A DNA stretch of 64,000 bases from Chrysomallon squamiferum (taxonomy: Eukaryota > Animalia > Mollusca), in the NCBI GenBank assembly GCA_012295275.1, contig CM022672.1, positions 9,362,001 to 9,426,000 on the forward strand, given 5' to 3'. This document shows positions 1 to 20,000 of the stretch, piece after piece. The stretch's first letter is position 1; each line of letters begins with the position of its first letter. The notes beneath the pieces are model-generated. The model did not search any database and was not told where the DNA came from. It was given only the letters and a program-made list of their open reading frames with translations. Position numbers and translations under genes: made by a program.

Positions 1-128
1 GCATACATACATACATACATTCATACATACATACATACATGCATATACAGACATACAAACATACAAACATATATATATATATATAAAAACTATAACTATA
101 CACATATACATATTACATATAGAAGAAA

Positions 129-229
<101 letters not shown>

Positions 230-833
230 AAGCAGAGAGAGACAGTGTAACTAATGTTATTATCACAGATTTTATCTCCCGTTTTGTTTTATTAACGATT
301 ACTTAATGCATTCAACCACAGCTGACACTGTTTTGTAAATGAAAATAATGCAGCATGGATAGTTGGTACGATTGTGACATACCATCGTGTAGTCTTAGTT
401 CCCTGCATGTGTTTCTCATTAACAGTTAATTATCTTTCCAATAAGCTATCCCCTGGAAGCATGAACTTTGCACAAACGTAATTTACCTGTATTTCACACT
501 TGACTTTTCTCTGATTACATCCACTTACAACAAAAACACTTTTGTGCATCTCGGTCACTTATTCATTCATCTATTTTTATACGTAATATAATTAGCGAAC
601 AAGTCACAGAAAAGTCACTGATTAAAAAAAATAATAATAAAAAATAAAATAGCACCAGTTATTAATTAAATACGACAAGCGCACAGTTACTAATAAAATA
701 GATTTATCTTTTCCTGCCTCGGCTGTCATGATAATTACGGTTCTAAAGACAACAGTCCAAGAAACTGTTTTATTCGGGACTTTGATGAGCGACTAGATTT
801 ATGTTATTTATAATGTTGTTGTTGTGGTTGCAG

Positions 834-7794
<6,961 letters not shown>

Positions 7795-9675
7795 ATAGCA
7801 TACAAGAAGAAAATAAACTTTTGATATTGTGATAAAATCAACAAAAACAAAAACAAAAAACAAAACAAAAAACAAAAAAAAAACGTTTTTTCCGTCTTCC
7901 AATTTTTCGCCATGCCTGCCTATTTTAATGAGTGTATGACGTCACAGTGAAGTCCTTTGGTTGATTAATATAAGTGAATATTTGGAATGAGTGTTAACGA
8001 TGTTTTTGAATATGTATGACTTTGTAAATTGTTATTACTATTACAATTATAATTATAATTATGATTATCATAATCATTATTATTATTATTTTAATTTATC
8101 ATCATCATTATTTTTGCAACATGGCAAGTGATTATATACTATCGTGATTATATAATATCGTACATAAATATAACATGTAATTTATTCCATATGACTAATA
8201 CTGCTTTTTATTTATCATTGTTTAACAAAATCTTCAATATCGAATCATTAAATTTTATCAAGGGTAAGTGATGTGATTCAACTTACCTTTATACGTATAT
8301 AATTTTAATGTATGTTTCAAAATATTGCTTGTGATGAATGAGAATATATAATATTTGTTACCTATGTAATATTTTATTTTATTTACCATTGTGCCTTCAG
8401 TAATACCAGCGGAATCTCTTTGGCACTTTAAACATTTAATTTTTTTTTAAATGAGAGTGTCTTAAGGCAATCTGCAGATATTGCAGTATGTATTTATTAA
8501 ATTTTATCTTTTGTCCGTAATTCTTAGGGGTTGGGCGACTGGAGGAATTGTCGATTTCATGGGGTGTGTCTTTCAGTATACGGTAGAGAAAAACGTCATC
8601 AAAGTAAACCATATCTTTGTGTTTTTGTTACAGCAAGCTGTAATAATAAAAGTGATAATAATAATAATAATAACAACAACTACATTCTTATTCTTATTAT
8701 TTTTTTTTTTTTTTTTTATTTTTTTTATTATTATTATTAACAGTGTTTACTGTTAGGTTCACAGTGTTCTCAAAAGGAATTACTCTATAACACAATACTA
8801 AATATTAATTATTTTCATCCACCTCTCGTCATTTTAAAATTAAAACCAACATAGTTTACGAAAAAAAAAATTTAATTTAGAACAGCTAACCTTGTCGAAC
8901 TATCTAACAACGGATCTTGGTAGCAACTGTAAATTCTATTTGTAAAACTTAAACTGTCGTTTAACTCAATTATTATTTTTTAACATCTTTATTTACCTCT
9001 TTTTTAACTTCAAATTGATCCTGTTATTTTAAATACTGTTACTTTTAATTATTTTCAAAAAGTAATCGTCCTTTGTTTGTTTGTTGCTGTTTGTTTTGTT
9101 TTGTTTCTTTGTTGTTGTTGAACTGTTGTTTCATTTTTGTTTTGTTATTTGTGTTGGTTTGTATTTGCTTTCATTTTTTATTATTCTTTATTTAATAGCT
9201 TTGCAACACCAAATACAAAACTGCGAATATTTCGATATTTAATCGCTACGGCAAATAATTGTCTATGAACTTGAACGATTTTTTTTGTTTTTTTTTTTTT
9301 TTTTTTATTGATTGATTTTTATTATTATTATTATTTTCTTCTTTGTGAGCTTCCTATTAATTTTGTTGTTATTCATTTAAAGCGACATTTTCACTGCTTC
9401 ACGCATTCAGCCATTTTGTAATAATAAGACTTAAATATATTTAATATATTTCTGCTGCTGCAGCAACAATAACAACAACTACTACAACTACTACTATCAC
9501 AATAGTTGTTACTAATACTGCTATTTCGACCACTGCTAGAACTAATAATATTGCTACTCAACTACTACTACTACTACTACCACTGGTACTATAACTACTG
9601 CTATAAACAATTTCATTATTAACACTTCTACAACTGTATTTACTTATTTATTTATTTTTTTATTTATTTATTTAT

Positions 9676-9744
<69 letters not shown>

Positions 9745-10332
9745 TTAATATTTCGGAATTTTTTAAAAAAAAATTAAATAATGAAAATTTCGTCTTTTTT
9801 TTCCACTTTCAAACACACACACAAAATCACAAAATGGCTGACACATTTCACTTTGCTCATAATTATTATATGTATTCTGTTTGTTAATACTGTTCATTTA
9901 CGAATGTTCAAAACACTGATTTGAAAGAAAATATAAAATATTATTTTGAACGAACGGGAGAATGAACTGTCGTGTGAAGTTGAAGGAAAAAGAAAGTTTT
10001 GAAATAAACTTATTTTATATAAAACATGGAAGTTTTGTTTTATCTTAACAACGAATCGAAATACACATACGTATATGTCTATACAGTATAACACGGTTGT
10101 AAGCACAATTCACCTGATTTCATAAAATTTTAAAAATATATGTGTATTACTAAGTAGTCATAATCAAAAGAAAATACTATAGCAAAAACAAAATGTTCAT
10201 CTTTAAAATAAGTAAAACAAATTAAATATTACAAATCAAATAAAAAAAATATCACTAAGTAGTTCTCTTCGTTCCAGTGCGCATACTTTTTAAAAACGGA
10301 TACACTATAGGCCATTTTTTTAAAATTTATTA

Positions 10333-10393
<61 letters not shown>

Positions 10394-10633
10394 TTATATT
10401 TAAAATATGAAATTGATGCTTAATCGCAAAGCCTTTACATATTATATGTTATGTGAAGGTTATATAATATGGACACTGTGACATTTTATGTAAAATGATA
10501 TTGTCCATATCAGTATGAAACCTATCAGATAAATAAATTGAGTCTGTGTTATTTAACCAGCATGTCACATACTGGAACCGAATACTGAATGTTAATAACT
10601 AACATATGCCGTTTTCTGATTGCTGGATTTCTG

Positions 10634-10678
<45 letters not shown>

Positions 10679-10942
10679 AAAACAGTCCCAGCTATATAAA
10701 TTATTTTTATCATTTTGAGTTATTTTTCAGGAACATAATCCTTAGAAAATATAACTTATAGGGAATTCATTAGCAGTATGGAGTTTTTCATTGTAACCTG
10801 TCCTTGGACAGCAAAATATATACCAAGATTTAATAACTAGTTGTGGACTGAGGTGAAGAAACATGATTTATATAATATTATTTTAAATAATTACTACTGC
10901 TACTGTTACTACAACAACAATTATTACTACTACTTCGGTTGC

Positions 10943-10983
<41 letters not shown>

Positions 10984-11597
10984 GAAGATAATATAACACA
11001 AATACTGAAACAAGATTTTAAAAGAAAAAATTAAAGACACTGCGAAAAATATTTGGCAGTATCTTATATCATACAACCTGAACTAGTTTTCACGTACAAG
11101 ATTACAGAAGTGATATAGAATATTTTCTGAACTATAAGATACCTGCAAAATGTTTTTAATTACTTCAATAGTTTTCATACAACGTACAATTTATTACAAA
11201 GATCAGTTAAAATAGAATGCACCGTCTGTAGATGCTGACTTGATCTGCAGTGGGTCAAGGTCACAAGATCTAGTATTCCTGGTGACCACACTACGCAGTT
11301 TTCTGTGGCAACGAATTCCAGCAACCCAAAGATTAGTTACATTACAAACAACAAATCTAATCAAATATTCTGTAAAACCTGTACTGGCATGGCACACAAC
11401 TAAACTGCAGGATTATCAAAAGATATGCCTTGATCAGCTTTTAGAATTTACTTTTTAAGTAACAGAATATTGAAACTTTTAAAAGTTGTTTATATTTTTT
11501 TTTTTTTTTTTGTTTCACATTGCATTAACCTCATTTGAATTTGACAGTTCTACGAATCCTCTTTATTTGACCTTTGAACTTGATAATTCAACGAATC

Positions 11598-12596
11598 CTA
11601 TTCCTTCCTGTACCTTACAGTGTATTCCTCCGCACCTGTTCGAGGTCTGCTTGTCAACAGACGATTCCAGACGTCTCTCGCAGCTTCTCTTACTTCCGGT
11701 AGGAGAAGCCAAGTGAGAGGAAGGATTCCGCTTCGGGCCAGTTCCAGGATTTGACCGGTTATTGTCAGCTTGTAAAATGTGTCAGTGAAAACAATGTCTG
11801 GGTACTGTTGAATGGGAAGGAGAGTAATTAAGCGACAAGTAAAACTGAAGACGATAATTACAAGGGAAGGTACGATGTAGAACACTGGGTGTTCTAAGTC
11901 GTCCGGTGAATCCAGCAGTCTTTCATCAGCGATATGAATCCGTCGTCTGGCGCACGTGCGAAAAACTACAAAACAGACGATCAAAGCTGTAATAACTATT
12001 GCCGGAAGAAAGAAACTAATAACACCGGCATGAACTTTGATATTAGTTTCAAACTGTAACAGACACATTTCAGTCTCGTTTAGGCTTCTGAAACCCGACG
12101 AGACAATGGGCAAATCAATAACAATAAGCAGAATCCATGGAATTCCGTTCCAGAATATTTTACAATATATATTATTAGACAGTGGCGTAAGATTTAGTCG
12201 GAGCTGTTTAGAAAGGTAAAGAAAATCAAGAATAACCATGAGCCACATCACGAGGAAGATGTTAGCATAATCCGTAATGAAGATTAACACATAAATAAAA
12301 CGACAGAAAGAAAACCAAAATTTGTCCTGGAGAGAAAGAACAAAGACAGGTACGAATATCAAATCGCTAGCCAAATCGACGAAACAGATGTTGATAATGA
12401 TCTGGTTTCGCAGGTCTGTTCGGAGTTTGGCCGATGACAGGATTGTGATTAACACGAACACGTTAATCATCAATATCCATACTGAGATGGCGAGTTTTAG
12501 TATGGCTGTAGTTTCAAGCAGTGTGCTTTCGATAAAGATCGTGTTGTTGTAACTGCTGTTATAACTGCTGTTATCGTTGCTGTTACTGTGGCACAT
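11598..12596 (-). CDS. Atypical rhodopsin-like (class A) 7TM G protein-coupled receptor, 332 aa, single coding exon
   Basis: Long uninterrupted ORF with seven hydrophobic segments, N-terminal NxS/T glycosylation sites, TM1 Asn (INVFV), TM2 ICFVD, Cys at the top of TM3 plus ECL2 Cys (EMCLL), TM4 Trp (IPW), TM5 FFLP. Good start context CACCATG. Ligand unknown. Confidence 0.85.
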   Translation of the reverse strand: MCHSNSNDNSSYNSSYNNTIFIESTLLETTAILKLAISVWILMINVFVLITILSSAKLRTDLRNQIIINICFVDLASDLIFVPVFVLSLQDKFWFSFCRFIYVLIFITDYANIFLVMWLMVILDFLYLSKQLRLNLTPLSNNIYCKIFWNGIPWILLIVIDLPIVSSGFRSLNETEMCLLQFETNIKVHAGVISFFLPAIVITALIVCFVVFRTCARRRIHIADERLLDSPDDLEHPVFYIVPSLVIIVFSFTCRLITLLPIQQYPDIVFTDTFYKLTITGQILELARSGILPLTWLLLPEVREAARDVWNRLLTSRPRTGAEEYTVRYRKE

Positions 12597-12739
12597 GGTG
12601 AGGACCTGTTTAAAAAGAAAGAGGCCAGATCAAACTAGTCCGATTTCGTCTCCAAATTTCAAGCAGAATTTCGTATTCACTGATCATTAGATATGGAATA
12701 ATTGAAACTGAGGCATCACAAACTGACCAATGCTGCAAG

Positions 12740-12958
12740 CAGTGGCGTGCAGAATGGGGGCTGAAGGGGCGGTGGCCTCGGGCATTCAAATGGAGGGGCA
12801 TCCAATCAGAGAAAAAATCGAATAAAATATTTATTATATGTTTAATCTATATTTACGTATTCAAAATACCTTCCTTTCTCAGTAGCTTATACTTGAGTCT
12901 TTGGGGCAAACAATCAAGGAGTTAGCCCCGGGCATCACCAGACCTCTGCACGCCACTG
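12740..12958. mobile_element. hAT-type non-autonomous DNA transposon (MITE), 219 bp
   Basis: Perfect 14-bp TIR CAGTGGCGTGCAGA (12740-12753) / TCTGCACGCCACTG (12945-12958); flanks GCTGCAAG and GCTGCATG form an 8-bp TSD with one mismatch, typical of hAT. Confidence 0.85.
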
Positions 12959-13234
12959 GCTGCATGCCAGTGACACTGGCAAATTTTTATACTAGATTAA
13001 TATAGACTAGGTAATAATTATATTTTTTATTACTTCAACCACAAAGTAATTAAATATAATTATTTTATTACAGATAATAATTACTAATAGAGCCCTACTA
13101 TATTTAACAACAACAACAGTATTATAATATCCAAAATATAATGCATCAACGGTAATAAGATTAACAATAACAGCCATTCGTAAACCTATCCCAGAAACAA
13201 CAACAACAACAACATTAACAATAGTAATAATAAT

Positions 13235-13289
<55 letters not shown>

Positions 13290-13924
13290 GCAATAACAAA
13301 AATTATATATGCTAATGGTAATAAAACCAACCGTACTGCGACACCACTTCAGACAATTGTCCGTGTATTAAATTATTTCATACGTTTGATAAAAACGATG
13401 ACAAATAAGTAAGCTCTACTTATACTGCACCAAAGAATATTCATTCCAAATGTCTAAAGTAACGCCCACCTTTGTAACAATAGTAATTCTATCTCCATTT
13501 GTTTTTTCATAGTCTGCTTTCTTGCAGATCATGGAATGAGTCTGTAATATCAAAAGTGTTACACGATACATTGCACTTTTCTCTGTTTTAAAGTACCATT
13601 GCGTAACACGCATAATTATGAACATTACTTTCAGAGAAAGTTTTAACTTTGAATGCAGGCGAATAGAATTAATGAAAATAATAATAAAAAATAATAATGT
13701 GTATGCATTGTATAGGTTTGATATTTTTTCTGGAATAAAGTATATACCTGCAACATTTATTATCTCATTATGTTATTTTATTTGTTTCTTGTTAATCTTA
13801 ATTTTCACATTAAAAAAAGAGAAAAAAAAGTAATGATAATTCTTCCTCAGTGGCTACTTTTAAGGAGCATCTAGTTATTTCCCTTGGTACGTTCTTTTTT
13901 CGTGCAAGTAAGATAACAATTACA

Positions 13925-13960
13925 ACTTCCGGTAGCATTTTCTCGCGATCTGTATAAATA
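13925..13960 (+). promoter_or_regulatory. Putative PIG-S core promoter: ETS site, TCTCGCGA motif, TATA-like box
   Basis: ACTTCCGGT (13925-13933), TCTCGCGA (13941-13948) and TATAAATA (13953-13960), clustered 38-73 bp upstream of the ATG; ETS and TCTCGCGA motifs are common at housekeeping promoters. Confidence 0.55.
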
Positions 13961-13997
13961 ACATGTATTTTGGGGGGTTTTAGTGTATAATGACAAA

Positions 13998-14025
13998 ATG
14001 ATAGCTACAAAATCTGAAGAAAATG
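13998..14025 (+). CDS. PIGS: PIG-S exon 1 (MIATKSEEN)
   Basis: ATG just after the promoter motifs; ATG|gtaaat donor whose phase 1 fits exon 2. Confidence 0.7.
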
Positions 14026-17000
14026 GTAAATATATCCCTAATATATTTCAGTCTTGTATTGTGCGTAATATAATCTTAAGCTTAGTGTTTGTGTTTTCTA
14101 AATAATAATATTTGACACTAACCAAGTACCACTGACTGTCCGTACATCATAATAATGTTGTTTTGTTTATTAATATTATCATGATTATGATGCTATCTTG
14201 TTTTTAATCATTAAACGAATAATGAAAATAACTGGGCGACCTGAGCTCATTTTATGTAGATTTTGAAAATTTTAATATGGTAAATTACAAAGGTAAACTT
14301 AAAAGCTAAAATATAATATCATAAATATGTATACACAATACAGAATAGCTTACCTGCAATAAACGAGTTGCATGTATTGTTGTTGTTGCTGTTAATGTTA
14401 TTGTTGTTATTATTATTTAATTTAAAATAAATAATCACTTTTATTTTCATTCAATTTATCCTCTGCTATATTAGACAAATCAAGTCAAATGTTTGCTGCT
14501 CTTGGGATCGGCTTGGTCTGTATTGTAGTGGGTATCCCTCTCTGGTGGAAAACAACAGAAGTATATCGAGTCCAACTCCCCTACTCAGATATCAGCAGCC
14601 TTTCAGATACTCCTGTGAGTACTGCTTAAACAGTTTTTATACAGTTTTTATCAGTGCACAGATACTGACCATAGTAGTAGTATTATTTACCCTAACACTG
14701 CTTAATTAAAACTAGCTCCTGGCAAAATTAGCAAGTTCAGCAGTCACACTCCCACAGGTGGCAGCTCATTCTGGGCTAATACAATGTTTGGGAGTCTCTT
14801 AGGATGTGTGAACACAAAACAATTAACAATTTTAAATACCAAAAATATTACCACAAACAGTTCTAATATGATAGTATTACTAGTAGTGGTTTTGAGTCCA
14901 AGATCATATTAATGTTAATAAAAACTGAATAAAAAAAAAGAATGATTTTAAATATCACACACATACACACACATGTATGTTTTAGTTTGATTTTTTCTGA
15001 ACATTATTTTTATTCATTTATTATAAATCAAGATTCAATGTATTGTTTCTTTCAGATTGAGTATCTTGTGACTGTAGAAGTTGTATGTTTTGATAGTTCT
15101 CTCTCCTCTAATCTGATTGACTTATCAACAGGATTACAAAGAAGTCTAGGTAAATATATGACTTACTATTCATACATATACTTCTAATTATATTTGTAAT
15201 ATTAATATTCAAATTGTTCTTCTTATGTAGACTTACCAACTGGATTACAAAGGTAAATAAAGTTTACTATTCATACAGATTCTCCTTAATTATACTTTTT
15301 AATATTTGAATCAATGAATGAATCCAGTTCATTTTCTTTGATTCACGAAAAGGATTGCAATTTTATATATTTAACTGAATATGTGACTTACTATATATAT
15401 ACACCAGTTCTCCTGAGTTATATTATATTCAAAAGGTTCCTGTTTATCTTGATTGATCTATCATCAGGATTTCAAAAGTAAAAATTTACATAAATATATA
15501 ACTTACTAATACTAGTCCACTGAATTATAATTTCAGTTATTGTATTTATTTATTTTATAATTTTTTGTTTTTTTATTTTATTTCTATCTGTGTGTGTGTG
15601 TCTCTCTCTCTATTTATTTATTTATTTATTTATTTATTTATATTCTCTTTGTAGGAACCAGTGACAAGAAATCTCTAAAATCTAAGTACAGAGTTGCAAC
15701 CCGTGAAGCTACTACCAGAGAACTGGAACTGTATCAGTCAGCTAAAAACATTGAAGGTAAATACCTAACTGACTTTTATAAAACAATTAAACTGGTGTAC
15801 ATTTTGTTTAACAGACTTCAGACACCACTGACACTGCCTTATTTAATGTTTTCTCAGAATAAACAACATTTGGACAGTTACATTTCTTTTTTATTGTCAT
15901 TAATCTTGTACTATGTTATTTCATTAATTTCCTATTGACAAAATTGATCTTCAGTACAGTGGTTTTAATGATGAAAAGAAAAATTATCATTATTATAACT
16001 GTGCAATTTGTCAATAACAATTGATTTGTTTTATATATATATTTATATATATAATTATTTTTTTACAGAGTTTAAGACATTTGAAATGTATTTTTGCATG
16101 TTTAAATATGTTCTAGATATATTGATGAATATGTATGTTTAGAATAAGTCATTTCAATTTATATACATAAATCTGTTCGGCTGCATTTTAAAATGAAGTT
16201 TTAATTTAAATTGTTTTTTGGGAGATTGGTTTGTGTGTTTTTTTAAATGCTGGTTTTATTTTCAGAATTTGACAAAAAACTAAATGATCAGTTTGGTACA
16301 GGATCTAATTTATACTATGCTGTATTACTGCCACGGTCAAGAGAAAAATTTGCTCTAGCAAAACCAGTTATTGGAAAATATCATTCATTTTACATGACAG
16401 TCAGTGATAATGGTACAGCATTTTCTTTTTATATATATATTTTTAAAATAAAATATAATTTCTTCTTCTTCTTTTGTTTTTCATTAATAATAAGAAATAA
16501 TTTTAAAAATATACAATACTAACAGCAGTAAAATGTTTAAATCAGCTTTGTTTTTCCACCACAGGCTTAGTTTGATTCAGTTTCTAAATCATGTATTTGC
16601 AGTATAAATTGAAATATATACATAACTGAGGACTGTGTGTCTGATTGTTTGTTCCAGCATCATTATGTAGAATATGTATATGTATGTGTGATCAAAAACA
16701 TTTTATATGATTACTTTTGAATTTTTTAAACTTTATATTACTATATTTCCTAGATATTAAGAATTTTATTAACTATACCATTCTTTGAAATGCCAATGGC
16801 AGCAAGAATATGTTTTTGTTGTGGTTCTTCTATTTTATATATTTATTTATTTGTGTGTTTGTTTTATTAGTATTAAGATAATTATGTCTTTTAAAATTTT
16901 TAGTTTATAGTATGGCTATTTTTTTTAAAATGCTGACCAATATAACTATATTTTTTTTCCAGACATTTCAAAATCAGTGAGCATCATTTCCTCATTACTC

Positions 17001-20000
17001 ACAGATGTTATGGTGAGACAGAAAGCTGTGACTAAAAGTCTGAATGGTGTGAAAGGTTCACGCTCTCTGAAGGTAAAAGAAATATATGTATAAATAGACA
17101 CACATCTGTATTTTCTTTTTCTTTTTTTTCTTTTGTTCTAATACTTTGGTCAGTTGCAGTATGTTTGTGATAATTTTTACGAAAAAAAAAAAAAAATACA
17201 ATTTGTAATAAATTCAAAAAAAAAAAAAAAAATTCAACTAATCCCTGCCTCTGCATATATATTCTGTATAAAAATTAAATTATACTAGCATATTTTCTTT
17301 AATAAATTATATCAGATAATAGATAAAGTTTTATGCTGGATAAATGAATTATTATTTTAATATTATCATGGCTAGATAATGTATATATAAGATTTCTGCA
17401 ATTTAAATAAGTCATCAAATGGTAGTGCATGTATGTAATAACTCATTCAATCAATCAGTGTTAAAATAAAATCCATATGTATTATAACAGTGACATTTTC
17501 AGAGCTGAACAGAGAAAATATATTGTTATAAATATATATATATATATATATAAAATATATCTAAAAACTAATATTGTTATTTTTTCACAGCTAGATAAAG
17601 AAAGTGTTAAATATATTACTTCTTATATTAAATTTACGCAGCAATATTAATTCAGTAAACAAATGTTGTTGTATTTTCACAGCTGGACAAAGAGAGTATG
17701 AGATGTCTGAGGTCCAGTTCTGGTTATGACATCACTTTCAGTCTTGCTAGTCCACAGCCAGACATTATAGACATACAGTGGGATGTTGAAAGTGGTATTG
17801 AAGGTAAAATCTATCTATCTGTCTATGTATGTATGTCGCTATTTATCTCTCCATCTGTCTCTCTCTCTTTCACTCTCATTATATATGTGTGTGTGTGTAG
17901 GTGTGTCTGTGCATAAATAAACCAGATGCAGGTTTGAAAGAGATTCTAGCTTCTGAATAACATTGCAATTTTCTGCTTATTTTCACCTGTGTGCACATAG
18001 AGACACATATGCACAAAGATATACACACCCGTCTAAATAATGTTCATATTATGTAAATATTAGAGAATTATGTTCCATATCAGAAAAATTATACTAATTT
18101 ATTTTATTAATTTTGTTCCAGCCTATTTAACTCCATTATTGAACAAGTTAAATAAATATGTCAACATATCGGTGACTTCTCAAGTAAGTTCTGAACCAAA
18201 AATATTTTCAACTGATATTTTTTTTTTTTTAATTTAATTTGATTTGTTTTTAATTTTGGATTTTCTTGATTGTTTATTTGTTGTGTTATTTATTGACATA
18301 TAGTAAAAAAAATTGTATATTTATATTTAGACATTTTTGAAACCATTTACATTAGCAATTAACATTTTTTTTGTTTAAATTACCTTCTTATGGAAAATGA
18401 TTGCAGATTTAAAATTTTCTTTAACTGCAATTGTTATAAAAATATTTTGTATTTAATGAAAATTTTAAACTTTTCCTTCAATTTTTGTCATTTAATAATT
18501 TGTCATAAATAAAATAGTGTGTTTGTGTGCCAAATGTAGTAAAAAAAAAATATTATTGGGAGAGTTTAGTTTTTTCACAAGATTGGAATATTTTATTAAT
18601 ATTTAGGTGTTGTTTTTCATTAGATTAAAGGTTAGAATATTTTATTTAAATAAATATATATATATATATATATACATGTGCTATTTTTCACTAGATAATG
18701 ATTAGAATATTTTATTTTAAAATTAATATTTCAGGTATTGTTTTTCACTGGACTAGTAGTGAGGCCACAGAAAGATGCCAAAACAAAGGAATTTTTCTAC
18801 ACCGAACATGACCTGCCTCACATGATTACACCTCTAGAATCAAAACTTGGTGAGGATATTTTCTTTTCTTTTTTTTTTGTTCTATTCTTTTTTCTTTTTC
18901 TTTTTCTTTTTTTTCTTTCTTTAATTAAAATATTTTGCATATTTCAGCAATTTAAGACCTGTCCATGATTTAGAAACTACAAATTTCATTTTTCTTCTTA
19001 TTTTCACCATTCTTCAAAAACAGCTAACTACACCTGTATAATGCATACAGCTTTATTAGATATTGGATTAATAGATTTGATCCAATGGTTTCCCTAATTA
19101 TTATAGTCGTGATTTGGAATTCTGTTTTCACATTTCACAATTCTAATTTTCACTCCTGCTGATGTTTATTATCCAAACACACTTAAAACCAAATTTGATG
19201 ATAACATTACATTTTACTTCTTTTGAGACAAAGTATGATAATGATATACATTTTTTAATATCTGTTTTTATTAGGTTCTGTTGCTTCAAATAATCCAGAA
19301 CTGAACTTCATTGTTTATGTTCCTACACGAGATCAAAGTCCTCTGTACCTGAGAGATAAAACAGGTGATATATTAATTTATCTTTTAATTACAATTAATT
19401 AAATACTGCACTGTTTTAATTCAACATGACATCATTAGCATGTACTTAGTATACAGCTCTGTATATTTCAGCTGTAACTCAAATACATCACTGAGAACTT
19501 TAAGTGTACTGCTGAAAATATATGCAATATATTTACGCTGTTTCTTGTTACCATCAAAGGGAATGTTTTGTATGCTGGGGAATTTAAATCCCTGACAGTT
19601 CAGTAAGCTAAAAAAATTTTGAAGGTAAAAGAAATCAACAAAAAAAACCCACCAAATGTACATGGTTACACTGATAGAGTGAAAACAACACAAGAAGAAT
19701 ATATTCCTTGTATGTGATGACTTGATGACCACAGAAAAATGGTTTCACTCTACTGTTATTTCACTGTACTTGTTTTGCAGAAAATATAAATACATAATAT
19801 GGGAGAATATTCAAAATATATTTAGAATGTTTATTTGTGTCACTAAAGATAATCTTTAATGAATAAAGATAAAGTCAAATTGTATTACAAAACAACTTTA
19901 AGATAATATATTAAATTTTGTTTAAGTTAGTTAATTCTTAATTATTATTTAAGATGCAATATCATTAAAACCAATATTTTAACCAAATCTTTTTCTGAAA

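Noticed and set aside
7812-7817. AATAAA as the M13 poly(A) signal
   Set aside because: AATAAA is ubiquitous in this AT-rich DNA; cannot be singled out.
8900-8925. AACAACGGATCT(TGG), reminiscent of the start of fungal 5.8S rRNA
   Set aside because: Only ~12 bp match, no continuation and no rDNA context.
12037-12552. Plus-strand ORFs overlapping the GPCR
   Set aside because: Antisense shadows of the GPCR coding sequence with no recognisable motifs.
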